From the sequence record OR539218.1: a stretch of 64,000 bases of DNA, one strand, 5' to 3'. Positions 7,487-19,439 of this stretch are shown here, piece after piece. The position numbers were made by a program, and so were the translations under genes. The notes beneath the pieces were generated by a model. That model made no database searches. It saw nothing but the letters and a program-made list of their open reading frames with translations, and was not told where the DNA came from. Position 1 is the first letter of the stretch. Each line of letters starts with the position of its first letter. The DNA comes from Escherichia phage vB-Eco-KMB26.

Positions 7487-7732
7487 TTCTAATCGTTTCT
7501 TCATCTTAGAGCCATTTTTAGCAATTTCTCCTGCATCGGAGCATAATGCTAAAAGTGCTTTAACTTTAGTTTGGTCTCCTTTAAAAGATGAAGGATCGAC
7601 CGCAGCAGCAAGTTCTTTAATACGAGAGAAAAGACGCTCAGCTTCAGCTAAAGCCATTCCAAGCTTTACTTCCATACCGTGGGAAGATTCAGTAATAGTA
7701 GTTTTTGTAGCAAACTCTTTGAAAGTTTTCAT
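7475..7732 (-). CDS. Internal-protein-like protein with capsid-targeting-like leader MKTFKEF..ITE
   Basis: 85-aa ORF, ATG with AGGAAAATAAAA SD; N-terminus resembles the IP leader; ends ..EDLK like 57B (..DDLK) inside the shared 33-bp repeat. Confidence 0.6.
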   Translation of the reverse strand: MKTFKEFATKTTITESSHGMEVKLGMALAEAERLFSRIKELAAAVDPSSFKGDQTKVKALLALCSDAGEIAKNGSKMKKRLEDLK

Positions 7733-7763
7733 TTTTATTTTCCTAATTAATTTTGATGTGGTA

Positions 7764-7784
7764 ATAGTATCACTACCTCATCAG

Positions 7785-7792
<8 letters not shown>
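7764..7792 (-). promoter_or_regulatory. T4 early promoter (PeSL-like) upstream of the IP-like gene
   Basis: Reverse strand TTTACA-N17-TACTAT (plus atagta 7764-7769, tgtaaa 7787-7792); -10 within palindrome ggtaatagtatcactacc. Confidence 0.55.
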
Positions 7793-8490
<698 letters not shown>

Positions 8491-8491
<1 letters not shown>

Positions 8492-9216
8492 TATAGTACC
8501 TTTAGTGTATTTTTAATTTTAGAAAAAAGTTCTTCAAGAGAACCATCGTTTGTAATTACTAAATCGCCATCACGAATTGGCAATCCAGCTTCTGTAATAT
8601 GTGTATCATTGGATTTTTGACCAGGACGAACTACATGAATTACTGTAGCACCCATCGCCCTAGCCGCATCCATTTCATGATCTTGACGGGTATCAGGAAC
8701 GATATAATAATCATAACCTGAGTTAAATTTATCAAGATAATCTAAAGCAAATAATTTTACCCAGTACATGCGGTCGAAGTTATTAACAATCAAATCCGTA
8801 CCTAGGGCTTGCATCAGACGACGGACTGACCATTGATCTTCAATATTATTTATAACGTCAATAATCTTGTTAAATGCTACGGAATTAACTGATTCTTGTC
8901 CTTCGTCATCAAAAACAAACACACCTTTAATTGGGCTTTTACCATTAAGATAGCAAAATGCTTGTTCCATAATCGTGATTACTTCTAATTTAGTTAGATT
9001 TAAATTAGTCTCACGATCATAGTCAATTCCTTCAAACTCTTTACGAGTTAAGCAAGGATAGTCGGTATTTGCAGCAAATACTCCCCATGCATAAGCCAAT
9101 GCATCCTTAATAGGACCAGCAAGTTGGTATTTAACTGCAGAATAATTGCTCATGATAAAATCAGCAGTAGTATCTTTTCCACTACGCTTTACACCGCTTA
9201 AAAAGATTAGTTTCAT
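8491..9216 (-). CDS. 1: gp1, deoxynucleoside monophosphate kinase
   Basis: 241-aa ORF with P-loop GVKRSGKDT; T4 gene 1 position and length. Confidence 0.93.
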
Positions 9217-9265
9217 ATGTTTCTCCTCAAATTTAGTTAAGATTATAACACATGAAACTGAAGCA

Positions 9266-9796
9266 TTAAACTTCTGCTATAATTTTACCATCTTTTTCTA
9301 CTTGAAAATAGGTGTAAGGAATCGTTGCTGTACATACTAAAGCCGGGTCTGAATCTTCCGTGTAGCTAAATTCTACTTCAGATAGGTCAGAAACCCAAGG
9401 CTTATAAAAATTTATTGACATCACGATTTCAGTTTTACTATTATCTAAAATGTAAAGCGTAATGTATTCAGGACCTGTTTTTTGGGCAGTATTTTCGCCT
9501 GTAAGATAGTTACTAGTTCCTAGCATCCATTCATACATTCCTATCCACGACTTAAGCTCTTCGTCAACTATAAATCTCACGATGAGTGGATCGTACTCAA
9601 ATGTAACACCTGGACGTTGTGCTCGACCAAGTCCAAACGGCCCAGTCACGGTATCAGTAACAGGTATTCTAATTCCTGGAATAGGAACTGACTGAGCATT
9701 TAAAGTAAAAGCAGATGTAGTATTACTATGTGGTATTGATACTACAAAGTTAGTTGTATTTGCTTGGTTAAAAATTTGTTGCAGAGCTTGCGACAT
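9266..9796 (-). CDS. 3: gp3, tail completion / tail-tube terminator protein
   Basis: ORF track gives 204 aa from an upstream start; internal ATG at 9794-9796 (MSQALQQIF...) has GAGGAA SD and gives 176 aa; synteny 1-3-2-4. Confidence 0.85.
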   Translation of the reverse strand: MSQALQQIFNQANTTNFVVSIPHSNTTSAFTLNAQSVPIPGIRIPVTDTVTGPFGLGRAQRPGVTFEYDPLIVRFIVDEELKSWIGMYEWMLGTSNYLTGENTAQKTGPEYITLYILDNSKTEIVMSINFYKPWVSDLSEVEFSYTEDSDPALVCTATIPYTYFQVEKDGKIIAEV

Positions 9797-9904
9797 ATAT
9801 TCCTCATAATGCTTTATAACTGTTGGTGGTATAATGGGTCTAAGTCCCTTCCATTCAATTCCATTTAGAACAAACAACAAAAAAGAATGGAAGATAATAG
9901 AGAA

Positions 9905-10729
9905 TTAGATATTTGACCAGACTTTGTTTGCAGAGAAACGTTTTCCTTTTGAAACGAACTGCTGAAGCGGCATTAATACAACGTTCGCCCAGTCTTTCGG
10001 GGCGATTTCAACAAGGCTACCCATAACATTACCAGGTATATATGCCTTAATCATTTGGTCTGCACCCCTAAATCCTTTCACTTGACTCCAATCAATTTTT
10101 AATTTCGTTTTATTAGTAATAGTAGGTGTATTTGCATATTGCTTTAAAAGCTCTTCTAGGAATTGCTGACGAGCTTTAGGTGGAATATAGTGCAAGTTCA
10201 ATCCGTACATTAAATTATGCTTACCTAAACCAAGGTAAATTATCAAAGGAAATTTATCCCAGTAAGGAAGAGTTTCCTTGTGTTTAGCATCATAAGCAAA
10301 AGCATATATTCGTCCCGGCTGCGGGCGAACAACTTTATGTCCTTTTACTTGCTTAATAGTTTCAGCAAACCACTTTCTGGTTTTATTATTAATTGCTGCG
10401 CCTTCATTACGAATTTTATCGCGCAATGTTTGTCTGAATGAATTTATCATAAGCAGTTGTCTTTCTTGCTTATTGAGTTTATTCATTGGTTTTGATTCAA
10501 GCTTTTGAATCTTTTCAGCCGTTTTAATTCCTGAAGCATATTTTGACATTGCTGAAGTAAACGTAGAGTATTTGATTCCTCTTTCTTCAGCAAATTGCTT
10601 TCCTGTCATTCCTTTTGCTTTGGCCTTTTTATATTCAAGACCTATCTGAATCCATTTCTTTTCGTTTAATGATTGCTTAACCTTTGGAACTTGGGGAGTG
10701 CTTTCATTAATTATTTGAAAAATAGCCAT
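9905..10729 (-). CDS. 2: gp2, DNA end protector protein
   Basis: 274-aa ORF; ATG overlaps gene 4 stop; T4 synteny. Confidence 0.9.
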   Translation of the reverse strand: MAIFQIINESTPQVPKVKQSLNEKKWIQIGLEYKKAKAKGMTGKQFAEERGIKYSTFTSAMSKYASGIKTAEKIQKLESKPMNKLNKQERQLLMINSFRQTLRDKIRNEGAAINNKTRKWFAETIKQVKGHKVVRPQPGRIYAFAYDAKHKETLPYWDKFPLIIYLGLGKHNLMYGLNLHYIPPKARQQFLEELLKQYANTPTITNKTKLKIDWSQVKGFRGADQMIKAYIPGNVMGSLVEIAPKDWANVVLMPLQQFVSKGKRFSANKVWSNI

Positions 10730-11181
10730 TATGCCCCCTTAAAGCCAAGAGCTCGTAATCCATCTTCTGTCAGAATTCTAAATTTTATTCCACGCTTTTC
10801 AGCTAAAGCTTGCGCTGCTTTCCATTTGTCGGTATTAACAGAATATGTATAAATTTCATTCATAAATCTTTTCTTCGCTGCGGTTGTTAGATGTGCTGGT
10901 TTAACTGGTGGTTGTGTTTCTTTTTTAGGTTTTATTTCAATAAAAAATTCTTGTCCAGAAGAATCTTTCATCCAAATATCCATGAAGTATCTACGTTTTT
11001 TCCCTTCTGCATTACAAAAATAAGGAATTACTGCTGTTTCACTACCCCATGCAATAATTTCTGGATTTTTATCTAACCATTCAAAAAAGAATTTTTCCCA
11101 ATTTGATCTATACGTAATTTTTTTAGGGTCACCTCTATACTTTGATATATTTTTAGGAACCCATTTTCCAGAATATGCCAT
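10729..11181 (-). CDS. 4: gp4, head completion protein
   Basis: 150-aa ORF, AAGGAGAA SD; T4 synteny; divergent late promoter pair with gene 53. Confidence 0.9.
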   Translation of the reverse strand: MAYSGKWVPKNISKYRGDPKKITYRSNWEKFFFEWLDKNPEIIAWGSETAVIPYFCNAEGKKRRYFMDIWMKDSSGQEFFIEIKPKKETQPPVKPAHLTTAAKKRFMNEIYTYSVNTDKWKAAQALAEKRGIKFRILTEDGLRALGFKGA

Positions 11182-11192
11182 TGGATTCTCCT

Positions 11193-11215
11193 TATAAATA
11201 GATAATATATTTATA
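11193..11215. promoter_or_regulatory. Divergent T4 late promoters for gene 53 (plus) and gene 4 (minus)
   Basis: tataaata at 11193-11200 (plus) and tatttata at 11208-11215 (reverse TATAAATA) in the 47-bp divergent intergenic region. Confidence 0.65.
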
Positions 11216-11228
11216 AACAGGAGGGCCC

Positions 11229-11819
11229 ATGCTCTTTACATTTTTTGATCCGATTGAATATGCGGCCAAAACGGTGAATAAAAACGCGCCGACTATTCCT
11301 ATGACAGATATTTTTAGAAACTATAAAGACTATTTTAAACGCGCTCTTGCGGGATACCGCTTACGTACTTATTATATCAAAGGTTCACCACGCCCGGAAG
11401 AATTAGCAAATACTATATATGGAAATCCACAGTTGTATTGGGTTTTATTGATGTGTAATGATAATTATGACCCGTATTATGGATGGATTACTTCACAAGA
11501 AGCAGCTTATCAAGCATCTATACAAAAATACAAAAATGTAGGTGGAGACCAAATAGTATATCATGTGAATGAGAACGGTGAAAAATTTTATAATTTAATA
11601 TCATACGATGATAATCCATATGTTTGGTATGATAAAGGTGATAAAGCTAGAAAATATCCTCAATATGAAGGAGCACTTGCTGCTGTTAATACGTATGAAG
11701 ATGCTGTTCTTGAAAATGAAAAACTTCGTCAAATAAAAATAATAGCAAAATCAGACATTAATTCATTTATGAACGACCTTATACGTATAATGGAGAAATC
11801 TTATGGAAATGATAAGTAA
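11229..11819 (+). CDS. 53: gp53, baseplate wedge protein
   Basis: 196-aa ORF, GGAGGG SD; T4 synteny 4-53-5. Confidence 0.9.
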   Translation: MLFTFFDPIEYAAKTVNKNAPTIPMTDIFRNYKDYFKRALAGYRLRTYYIKGSPRPEELANTIYGNPQLYWVLLMCNDNYDPYYGWITSQEAAYQASIQKYKNVGGDQIVYHVNENGEKFYNLISYDDNPYVWYDKGDKARKYPQYEGALAAVNTYEDAVLENEKLRQIKIIAKSDINSFMNDLIRIMEKSYGNDK

Positions 11820-13530
11820 TAACCTTAATTGGTTTGTTGGTGTTGTTGAAGATAGAATGGACCCATTAAAATTAGGTCGTGTTCGTGTTCGTGTGGTTGG
11901 TCTGCATCCACCTCAAAGAGCACAAGGCGATGTAATGGGTATTCCAACTGAAAAATTACCATGGATGTCAGTTATTCAACCTATAACTTCTGCAGCAATG
12001 TCTGGAATTGGAGGTTCTGTTACTGGACCGGTAGAAGGAACTAGAGTTTATGGTCATTTTTTAGACAAATGGAAAACTAACGGAATTGTCCTTGGCACGT
12101 ATGGTGGAATAGTTCGCGAAAAACCGAATAGACTTGAAGGATTTTCTGACCCAACTGGGCAATATCCTAGACGTTTAGGAAATGATACTAATGTATTAAA
12201 CCAAGGCGGAGAAGTAGGATATGATTCGTCTTCTAACATTATCCAAGATAGTAACTTAGACACTGCAATAAATCCCGATGATAGACCACTATCAGAGATT
12301 CCAACCGATGATAATCCAAATATGTCAATGGCTGACATGCTTCGCCGTGATGAAGGATTAAGACTAAAAGTTTATTGGGATACTGAAGGATATCCGACAA
12401 TTGGTATTGGTCATCTTATCATGAAGCAGCCAGTTCGTGATATGGCTCAAATTAATAAAGTTTTATCAAAACAAGTTGGTCGTGAAATTACTGGAAACCC
12501 AGGTTCTATTACGATGGAAGAGGCGACGACTTTATTTGAACGTGATTTGGCTGATATGCAACGGGACATTAAATCACATTCTAAAGTAGGACCAGTCTGG
12601 CAAGCTGTCAACCGTTCTCGTCAAATGGCGTTAGAAAATATGGCATTTCAAATGGGTGTTGGCGGTGTAGCTAAATTTAACACAATGTTAACTGCTATGT
12701 TAGCCGGAGATTGGGAAAAAGCATATAAAGCCGGTCGTGATTCATTGTGGTATCAACAAACAAAAGGCCGTGCATCCCGTGTTACCATGATTATTCTTAC
12801 GGGGAATTTGGAATCATATGGTGTTGAAGTGAAAACCCCAGCTAGGTCTCTATCAGCAATGGCTGCTACTGTAGCTAAATCTTCTGACCCGGCTGACCCT
12901 CCTATTCCAAATGACTCGAGAATTTTATTCAAAGAACCAGTTTCTTCATATAAAGGTGAATATCCTTATGTGCATACAATGGAAACTGAAAGCGGACATA
13001 TTCAGGAATTTGATGATACTCCTGGGCAAGAACGATACAGATTAGTTCATCCGACTGGAACTTATGAAGAAGTATCACCGTCAGGAAGAAGAACAAGAAA
13101 AACTGTCGATAATTTGTATGATATAACCAACGCTGATGGTAATTTTTTGGTAGCCGGTGATAAAAAGACTAACGTCGGTGGATCAGAAATTTATTACAAC
13201 ATGGATAATCGTCTTCACCAAATAGATGGAAGCAATACAATATTTGTACGTGGCGATGAAACTAAGACAGTTGAAGGCAATGGAACTATCCTAGTTAAAG
13301 GTAATGTTACTATTGTAGTTGAAGGTAATGCTGACATTACAGTTAAAGGAGATGCTACCACTTTAGTTGAAGGAAATCAAACTAACACAGTAAATGGAAA
13401 TCTTTCTTGGAAAGTTGCTGGGACAGTTGATTGGGACGTTGGTGGTGATTGGACAGAAAAAATGGCATCTATGAGTTCTATTTCATCTGGTCAATACACA
13501 ATTGATGGATCGAGGATTGACATTGGCTAA
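11803..13530 (+). CDS. 5: gp5, baseplate central spike with tail lysozyme domain
   Basis: 575-aa ORF; internal lysozyme domain MADMLRRDEGLRLKVYWDTEGYPTIGIGH paralogous to gene e in this window; C-terminal VEGN/VKG beta-helix repeats. Confidence 0.95.
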   Translation: MEMISNNLNWFVGVVEDRMDPLKLGRVRVRVVGLHPPQRAQGDVMGIPTEKLPWMSVIQPITSAAMSGIGGSVTGPVEGTRVYGHFLDKWKTNGIVLGTYGGIVREKPNRLEGFSDPTGQYPRRLGNDTNVLNQGGEVGYDSSSNIIQDSNLDTAINPDDRPLSEIPTDDNPNMSMADMLRRDEGLRLKVYWDTEGYPTIGIGHLIMKQPVRDMAQINKVLSKQVGREITGNPGSITMEEATTLFERDLADMQRDIKSHSKVGPVWQAVNRSRQMALENMAFQMGVGGVAKFNTMLTAMLAGDWEKAYKAGRDSLWYQQTKGRASRVTMIILTGNLESYGVEVKTPARSLSAMAATVAKSSDPADPPIPNDSRILFKEPVSSYKGEYPYVHTMETESGHIQEFDDTPGQERYRLVHPTGTYEEVSPSGRRTRKTVDNLYDITNADGNFLVAGDKKTNVGGSEIYYNMDNRLHQIDGSNTIFVRGDETKTVEGNGTILVKGNVTIVVEGNADITVKGDATTLVEGNQTNTVNGNLSWKVAGTVDWDVGGDWTEKMASMSSISSGQYTIDGSRIDIG

Positions 13531-13564
13531 TATACTTCCAATGAGCGCTGATTTAGGAGAATCC

Positions 13565-14059
13565 ATGGAAGGTTCTTCTATCGACGTCACCTTTACCGCT
13601 CAATTAGAAACAGGTGAAACGTTAGTATCTATAAATATAACTAGTTACGAAGAAACTCCTGGGGTTTTAGTAGAAGAAAATCGCTTATACGGAACATATG
13701 AATCTGTGTTTGGATTTGGAAATGACGCGTTGAAATATCGTTTAGGCGATGAATTTAAAACTGCTGCTTCATGGGAAGAACTTCCTACTGATTCTGATAC
13801 TCAGTTGTATTTATGGAAAGCTCCTCAAAACCTCCAGAAGACATTCACTTACGAAGTAACATTAATATATGACTACCAAGAACAAAGTGAATCTGGAGGT
13901 TCTGGCAGTAATTCTAGGTCATCTTCTGATACTACTGAACCGACAGATCCTCCTGCTCCAGTAAGAAAAACTCTCGTTAAAAATTATACTAAAACTATAG
14001 TTGGAAATTGGAGTCGTTGGGCTAATAAATTAAGAAGCTATGTGTATGAGAGGTCATAG
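13565..14059 (+). CDS. 5.1: gp5.1-like hypothetical protein
   Basis: ORF track starts at TTG 13502; first ATG with a good SD (AGGAG, 6-nt spacer) is 13565 (MEGSS...); ATG at 13505 is an alternative. Confidence 0.6.
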
Positions 14060-14353
14060 ATGTCAGGATTAAGTTATGATAAATGTGTTACTGCTGGTCA
14101 TGAAGCGTGGCCTCCAACAGTTGTGAATGCTACACAAAGTAAAGTATTCACTGGAGGAATTGCTGTTCTCGTAGCAGGTGATCCAATTACAGAACATACA
14201 GAAATTAAAAAGCCATATGAAACACATGGCGGAGTGACACAACCCAGAACTTCTAAGGTATATGTCACTGGAAAGAAAGCTGTTCAAATGGCTGATCCAA
14301 TATCATGCGGTGATACTGTGGCTCAGGCATCATCTAAAGTATTCATTAAATAG
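14060..14353 (+). CDS. 5.4: gp5.4, PAAR-repeat spike-tip protein
   Basis: 97-aa ORF directly after 5.1; T4 synteny and size. Confidence 0.85.
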
Positions 14354-14361
14354 GATTTAAA

Positions 14362-16344
14362 ATGGCAAATACCCCTGTAAATTATCAATTAACAAGAACA
14401 GCAAATGCTATTCCCGAGATATTCGTCGGGGGTACATTTGCTGAAATAAAACAAAACCTCATTGAATGGCTTAATGGCCAAAATGAATTTTTGGATTATG
14501 ATTTTGAAGGCTCAAGATTAAACGTTCTGTGTGACCTTTTAGCTTATAATACATTGTACATTCAACAGTTTGGTAATGCTGCTGTGTATGAAAGCTTTAT
14601 GCGTACTGCTAACTTACGAAGTTCAGTTGTTCAAGCTGCACAAGATAACGGATATTTACCTACTTCAAAATCCGCTGCGCAGACCGAAATTATGTTAACA
14701 TGCACCGACGCATTGAATAGGAATTACATTACTATTCCTCGCGGAACTCGCTTTTTAGCATATGCAAAAGATACTTCTGTTAATCCATATAACTTCGTTT
14801 CTACCGAAGACGTTATTGCTATTCGTGATAAAAATAACCAATATTTTCCGCGTTTAAAATTGGCCCAGGGACGTATAGTAAGAACTGAAATCATTTATGA
14901 TAAATTAACACCTATTATCATTTATGATAAAAATATTGATAGAAACCAGGTTAAATTATACGTTGATGGAGCAGAATGGATTAACTGGACAAGAAAGTCA
15001 ATGGTTCATGCTGGTTCTACATCGACAATTTACTACATGCGTGAAACTATTGATGGAAATACTGAATTCTATTTTGGTGAAGGTGAAATTTCTGTTAATG
15101 CTTCTGAAGGAGCTTTGACCGCTAATTATATCGGAGGTCTTAAACCTACTCAGAACTCTACGATTGTTATTGAGTACATCAGTACTAATGGTGCTGACGC
15201 GAACGGAGCAGTCGGATTTTCATACGCAGATACATTAACAAATATAACTGTCATCAATATTAATGAAAATCCAAACGATGACCCAGATTTTGTTGGGGCA
15301 GATGGCGGCGGTGATCCAGAAGATATTGAGCGTATCCGCGAATTGGGTACTATTAAACGCGAAACCCAGCAACGCTGCGTAACTGCGACTGACTATGATA
15401 CATTCGTTTCAGAGAGATTTGGTTCTATTATTCAAGCAGTTCAGACTTTCACTGATTCTACTAAACCTGGTTATGCATTTATTGCTGCTAAACCTAAATC
15501 AGGTCTGTATTTAACTACTGTACAGCGTGAAGATATTAAAAATTATCTCAAAGACTATAATTTAGCTCCTATTACGCCATCAATTATTTCTCCTAATTAT
15601 CTTTTTATTAAGACTAATTTAAAAGTCACATATGCTTTAAATAAGCTGCAAGAATCCGAACAGTGGCTCGAAGGTCAAATAATTGATAAAATTGATCGTT
15701 ATTATACCGAAGACGTAGAAATTTTTAATTCATCTTTCGCTAAATCTAAGATGTTGACATATGTAGATGATGCAGATCATTCTGTCATTGGTTCATCAGC
15801 GACTATTCAAATGGTTCGTGAAGTACAAAACTTCTATAAAACACCTGAAGCAGGTATTAAATACAATAATCAAATAAAAGATCGTTCTATGGAATCTAAT
15901 ACGTTTTCATTTAATTCTGGACGAAAGGTTGTAAATCCTGATACTGGTTTAGAAGAAGATGTATTATATGATGTTCGTATAGTATCAACAGACCGAGATT
16001 CTAAAGGAATTGGTAAAGTTATTATTGGTCCATTTGCTTCTGGCGATGTTACAGAAAATGAAAACATTCAGCCATATACAGGCAATGATTTTAATAAATT
16101 AGCAAATTCTGATGGACGCGACAAATACTATGTTATCGGTGAAATAAATTATCCGGCTGACATGATTTATTGGAATATCGCTAAAATTAATTTAACATCT
16201 GAAAAATTTGAGGTTCAGACTATTGAATTATATTCTGACCCAACCGATGATGTTATCTTTACCCGTGATGGTTCACTGATTGTATTTGAAAATGATTTAC
16301 GTCCGCAATACTTAACTATCGATTTGGAGCCTATATCACAATGA
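14362..16344 (+). CDS. 6: gp6, baseplate wedge protein
   Basis: 660-aa ORF; T4 synteny and length. Confidence 0.93.
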   Translation: MANTPVNYQLTRTANAIPEIFVGGTFAEIKQNLIEWLNGQNEFLDYDFEGSRLNVLCDLLAYNTLYIQQFGNAAVYESFMRTANLRSSVVQAAQDNGYLPTSKSAAQTEIMLTCTDALNRNYITIPRGTRFLAYAKDTSVNPYNFVSTEDVIAIRDKNNQYFPRLKLAQGRIVRTEIIYDKLTPIIIYDKNIDRNQVKLYVDGAEWINWTRKSMVHAGSTSTIYYMRETIDGNTEFYFGEGEISVNASEGALTANYIGGLKPTQNSTIVIEYISTNGADANGAVGFSYADTLTNITVININENPNDDPDFVGADGGGDPEDIERIRELGTIKRETQQRCVTATDYDTFVSERFGSIIQAVQTFTDSTKPGYAFIAAKPKSGLYLTTVQREDIKNYLKDYNLAPITPSIISPNYLFIKTNLKVTYALNKLQESEQWLEGQIIDKIDRYYTEDVEIFNSSFAKSKMLTYVDDADHSVIGSSATIQMVREVQNFYKTPEAGIKYNNQIKDRSMESNTFSFNSGRKVVNPDTGLEEDVLYDVRIVSTDRDSKGIGKVIIGPFASGDVTENENIQPYTGNDFNKLANSDGRDKYYVIGEINYPADMIYWNIAKINLTSEKFEVQTIELYSDPTDDVIFTRDGSLIVFENDLRPQYLTIDLEPISQ

Positions 16345-19300
16345 CAGTAAAAGCACCTTCAGTCACTAGTCTCAGAATTTCCAAGTTATCCGCAAATCAG
16401 GTGCAAGTACGCTGGGATGACGTTGGTGCTAATTTCTACTATTTTGTAGAAATCGCTGAGACAAAAACGAACTCGGGGGAAAATCTCCCGAGTAATCAAT
16501 ACAGATGGATTAACTTAGGATATACTGCAAATAACAGCTTCTTTTTTGATGATGCTGACCCATTGACATCATACATTATCAGAGTAGCTACAGCTGCGCA
16601 AGATTTTGAGCAGTCTGATTGGATTTATACCGAAGAGTTTGAAACTTTTGCTACAAATGCTTATACATTTCAAAACATGATTGAAATGCAATTAGCCAAT
16701 AAATTCATTCAGGAAAAATTTACTCTTAATAATTCTGATTATGTTAATTTTAACAATGACACTATAATGGCTGCATTGATGAATGAATCATTTCAATTCA
16801 GCCCATCGTATGTTGATGTTTCATCAATAAGTAATTTTATTATTGGTGAAAATGAGTATCATGAAATACAAGGTTCCATTCAGCAAGTATGTAAGGATAT
16901 TAACCGAGTTTATTTGATGGAATCAGAAGGGATTCTATATCTTTTTGAGCGCTATCAACCCGTAGTTAAAGTATCTAATGATAAAGGACAAACCTGGAAA
17001 GCTGTGAAGCTCTTCAATGACCGTGTAGGATATCCTTTATCTAAGACAGTATATTACCAATCTGCGAACACAACATACGTTCTAGGATACGACAAGATCT
17101 TCTATGGCCGTAAATCAACTGATGTTAGATGGTCAGCTGATGATGTCAGATTTAGTTCACAGGATATAACATTCGCTAAACTTGGCGACCAATTACATCT
17201 AGGATTTGATGTAGAAATTTTTGCCACTTATGCGACTTTACCAGCGAATGTATATCGTATAGCTGAAGCCATTACTTGTACGGATGATTATATCTATGTT
17301 GTTGCCAGAGATAAAGTTAGATATATAAAAACGAGCAATGCACCTATAGATTCTGATCCATTATCTCCAACATATTCGGAAAGGCTATTTGAATCTGATA
17401 CAATGACTATAACTGGAAATCCTAAAGCAGTATGCTATAAAATGGATTCTATTGGTGATAAAGTTTTTGCTCTTATTATCGGTGAAGTTGAAACATTAAA
17501 TGCTAATCCTAGAACGTCAAAAATAATTGATTCTACTGATAAAGGAATATATGTTTTAAATCATGACACAAAAACGTGGAAAAGAGTTTTTGGCAACACT
17601 GAAGAAGAAAGAAGACGTATTCAACCTGGGTATGCGAATATGTCAACTGATGGTAAATTAGTTTCTCTATCTTCGAGTAATTTTAAATTTTTAAATGATA
17701 ACGTTGTTAATGACCCTGAAACTGTAGCAAAATATCAGTTAATCGGTGCCGTTAAATATGAATTTCCTCGTGAATGGTTAGCTGATAAGCATTATCATAT
17801 GATGGCATTTATAGCGGATGAAAAATCTGATTGGGAGACTTTTACTCCTCAACCAATGAAATACTACGCAGAACCGTTCTTTAATTGGTCTAAAAAATCT
17901 AACACACGCTGTTGGATAAACAACTCTAATAGAGCTGTAGTAGTTTATGCTGATTTAAAATACACTAAAGTTATAGAAAATATTCCGGAAACATCACCAG
18001 ATAGATTAGTTCATGAATACTGGGATGATGGTGATTGTACGATAGTAATGCCAAATGTTAAATTCACGGGATTTAAAAAATATGCGTCTGGGATGCTTTT
18101 TTATAAATCTTCTGGTGAAATAATTTCTTACTATGATTTTAACTATCGTGTGAGAGATACAGTAGAAATTATTTGGAAGCCGACTGGAGTATTTTTAAAA
18201 GCATTTTTACAAAACCAAGAGCATGAGACTCCTTGGTCACCAGAAGAAGAGCATGGATTAGCTGATCCTGATTTAAGACCATTAATTGGCACAATGATGC
18301 CTGATTCTTATTTGTTGCAGGATTCGAATTTTGAGGCATTTTGCGAAGCATATATTCAGTATCTTTCTGATGGATATGGAACTCAGTATAACAATTTACG
18401 AAATTTAATTCGTAACCAATATCCACGAGAAGAGCATGCGTGGGAATATTTGTGGTCAGAGATATATAAAAGAAACATTTATTTAAATGCTGATAAACGT
18501 GATGCTGTTGCGAGATTCTTTGAATCACGTAGCTATGATTTTTATTCTACTAAAGGAATTGAAGCATCATACAAATTTCTTTTTAAAGTTCTTTATAATG
18601 AAGAAGTTGAAATTGAAATTGAATCTGGGGCTGGTACTGAATATGACATAATCGTTCAATCTGATTCTTTGACTGAAGATTTAGTAGGACAAACGATTTA
18701 TACAGCCACAGGAAGATGTAATGTTACTTATATAGAAAGAAGTTATTCTAATGGTAAATTGCAATGGACCGTGACTATACATAATCTTTTGGGGCGTTTA
18801 ATAGCAGGGCAAGAAGTTAAAGCAGAAAGACTTCCTAGTTTTGAAGGCGAAATTATTCGTGGGGTTAAAGGAAAGGATTTGCTTCAAAATAATATAGACT
18901 ATATTAATAGAAGTCGATCATATTATGTAATGAAAATTAAATCCAATTTACCTTCTTCTCGTTGGAAATCTGACGTTATTCGTTTTGTTCATCCAGTAGG
19001 ATTTGGATTTATAGCAATCACGCTTTTAACTATGTTTATTAATGTCGGTTTAACTCTTAAACACACAGAGACAATAATTAATAAATATAAAAACTACAAA
19101 TGGGATTCTGGATTGCCTACTGAATATGCTGATAGAGTAGCTAAATTAACTCCAACCGGTGAAATTGAGCATGATTCAGTAACAGGCGAAGCAATTTATG
19201 AGCCTGGCCCAATGGCTGGTGTAGAATATCCTCTTCCTGATGACTATAATGCTGAAAATAATAATTCAATATTTCAAGGTCAATTGCCGTCTGAACGACG

Positions 19301-19439
19301 TAAATTAATGAGTCCTTTATTTGATGCATCTGGAACAACATTTGCGCAATTTAGAGATTTAGTTAATAAACGTCTAAAAGATAATATAGGAAATCCAAGA
19401 GACCCTGAAAATCCAACACAGGTTAAAATAGATGAATGA
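16341..19439 (+). CDS. 7: gp7, baseplate wedge protein
   Basis: 1032-aa ORF overlapping gene 6 stop by 4 nt; T4 synteny and length. Confidence 0.93.
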   Translation: MTVKAPSVTSLRISKLSANQVQVRWDDVGANFYYFVEIAETKTNSGENLPSNQYRWINLGYTANNSFFFDDADPLTSYIIRVATAAQDFEQSDWIYTEEFETFATNAYTFQNMIEMQLANKFIQEKFTLNNSDYVNFNNDTIMAALMNESFQFSPSYVDVSSISNFIIGENEYHEIQGSIQQVCKDINRVYLMESEGILYLFERYQPVVKVSNDKGQTWKAVKLFNDRVGYPLSKTVYYQSANTTYVLGYDKIFYGRKSTDVRWSADDVRFSSQDITFAKLGDQLHLGFDVEIFATYATLPANVYRIAEAITCTDDYIYVVARDKVRYIKTSNAPIDSDPLSPTYSERLFESDTMTITGNPKAVCYKMDSIGDKVFALIIGEVETLNANPRTSKIIDSTDKGIYVLNHDTKTWKRVFGNTEEERRRIQPGYANMSTDGKLVSLSSSNFKFLNDNVVNDPETVAKYQLIGAVKYEFPREWLADKHYHMMAFIADEKSDWETFTPQPMKYYAEPFFNWSKKSNTRCWINNSNRAVVVYADLKYTKVIENIPETSPDRLVHEYWDDGDCTIVMPNVKFTGFKKYASGMLFYKSSGEIISYYDFNYRVRDTVEIIWKPTGVFLKAFLQNQEHETPWSPEEEHGLADPDLRPLIGTMMPDSYLLQDSNFEAFCEAYIQYLSDGYGTQYNNLRNLIRNQYPREEHAWEYLWSEIYKRNIYLNADKRDAVARFFESRSYDFYSTKGIEASYKFLFKVLYNEEVEIEIESGAGTEYDIIVQSDSLTEDLVGQTIYTATGRCNVTYIERSYSNGKLQWTVTIHNLLGRLIAGQEVKAERLPSFEGEIIRGVKGKDLLQNNIDYINRSRSYYVMKIKSNLPSSRWKSDVIRFVHPVGFGFIAITLLTMFINVGLTLKHTETIINKYKNYKWDSGLPTEYADRVAKLTPTGEIEHDSVTGEAIYEPGPMAGVEYPLPDDYNAENNNSIFQGQLPSERRKLMSPLFDASGTTFAQFRDLVNKRLKDNIGNPRDPENPTQVKIDE

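Noticed and set aside
9797-9880. N-terminal extensions in the ORF track (gene 3 at 9880, 5.1 at 13502, gene 11 at 23153, gene 20 at 34447, uvsW.1 at 46723, and the ORFs at 2406, 4168 and 63719)
   Set aside because: The track appears to allow TTG or unsupported upstream starts; in each case a downstream ATG with a proper Shine-Dalgarno gives a product of the size expected from T4 homologues, so the shorter coordinates were used.
12054-12338. Internal or antisense ORFs inside conserved structural genes (e.g. 12054-12338, 18169-18528, 24123-24371, 37527-37871, 38380-38784, 44572-45133, 56097-56324, 57974-59483)
   Set aside because: All lie within or opposite long conserved T4-homologous genes, lack SD/promoter signals and have skewed composition; treated as spurious.
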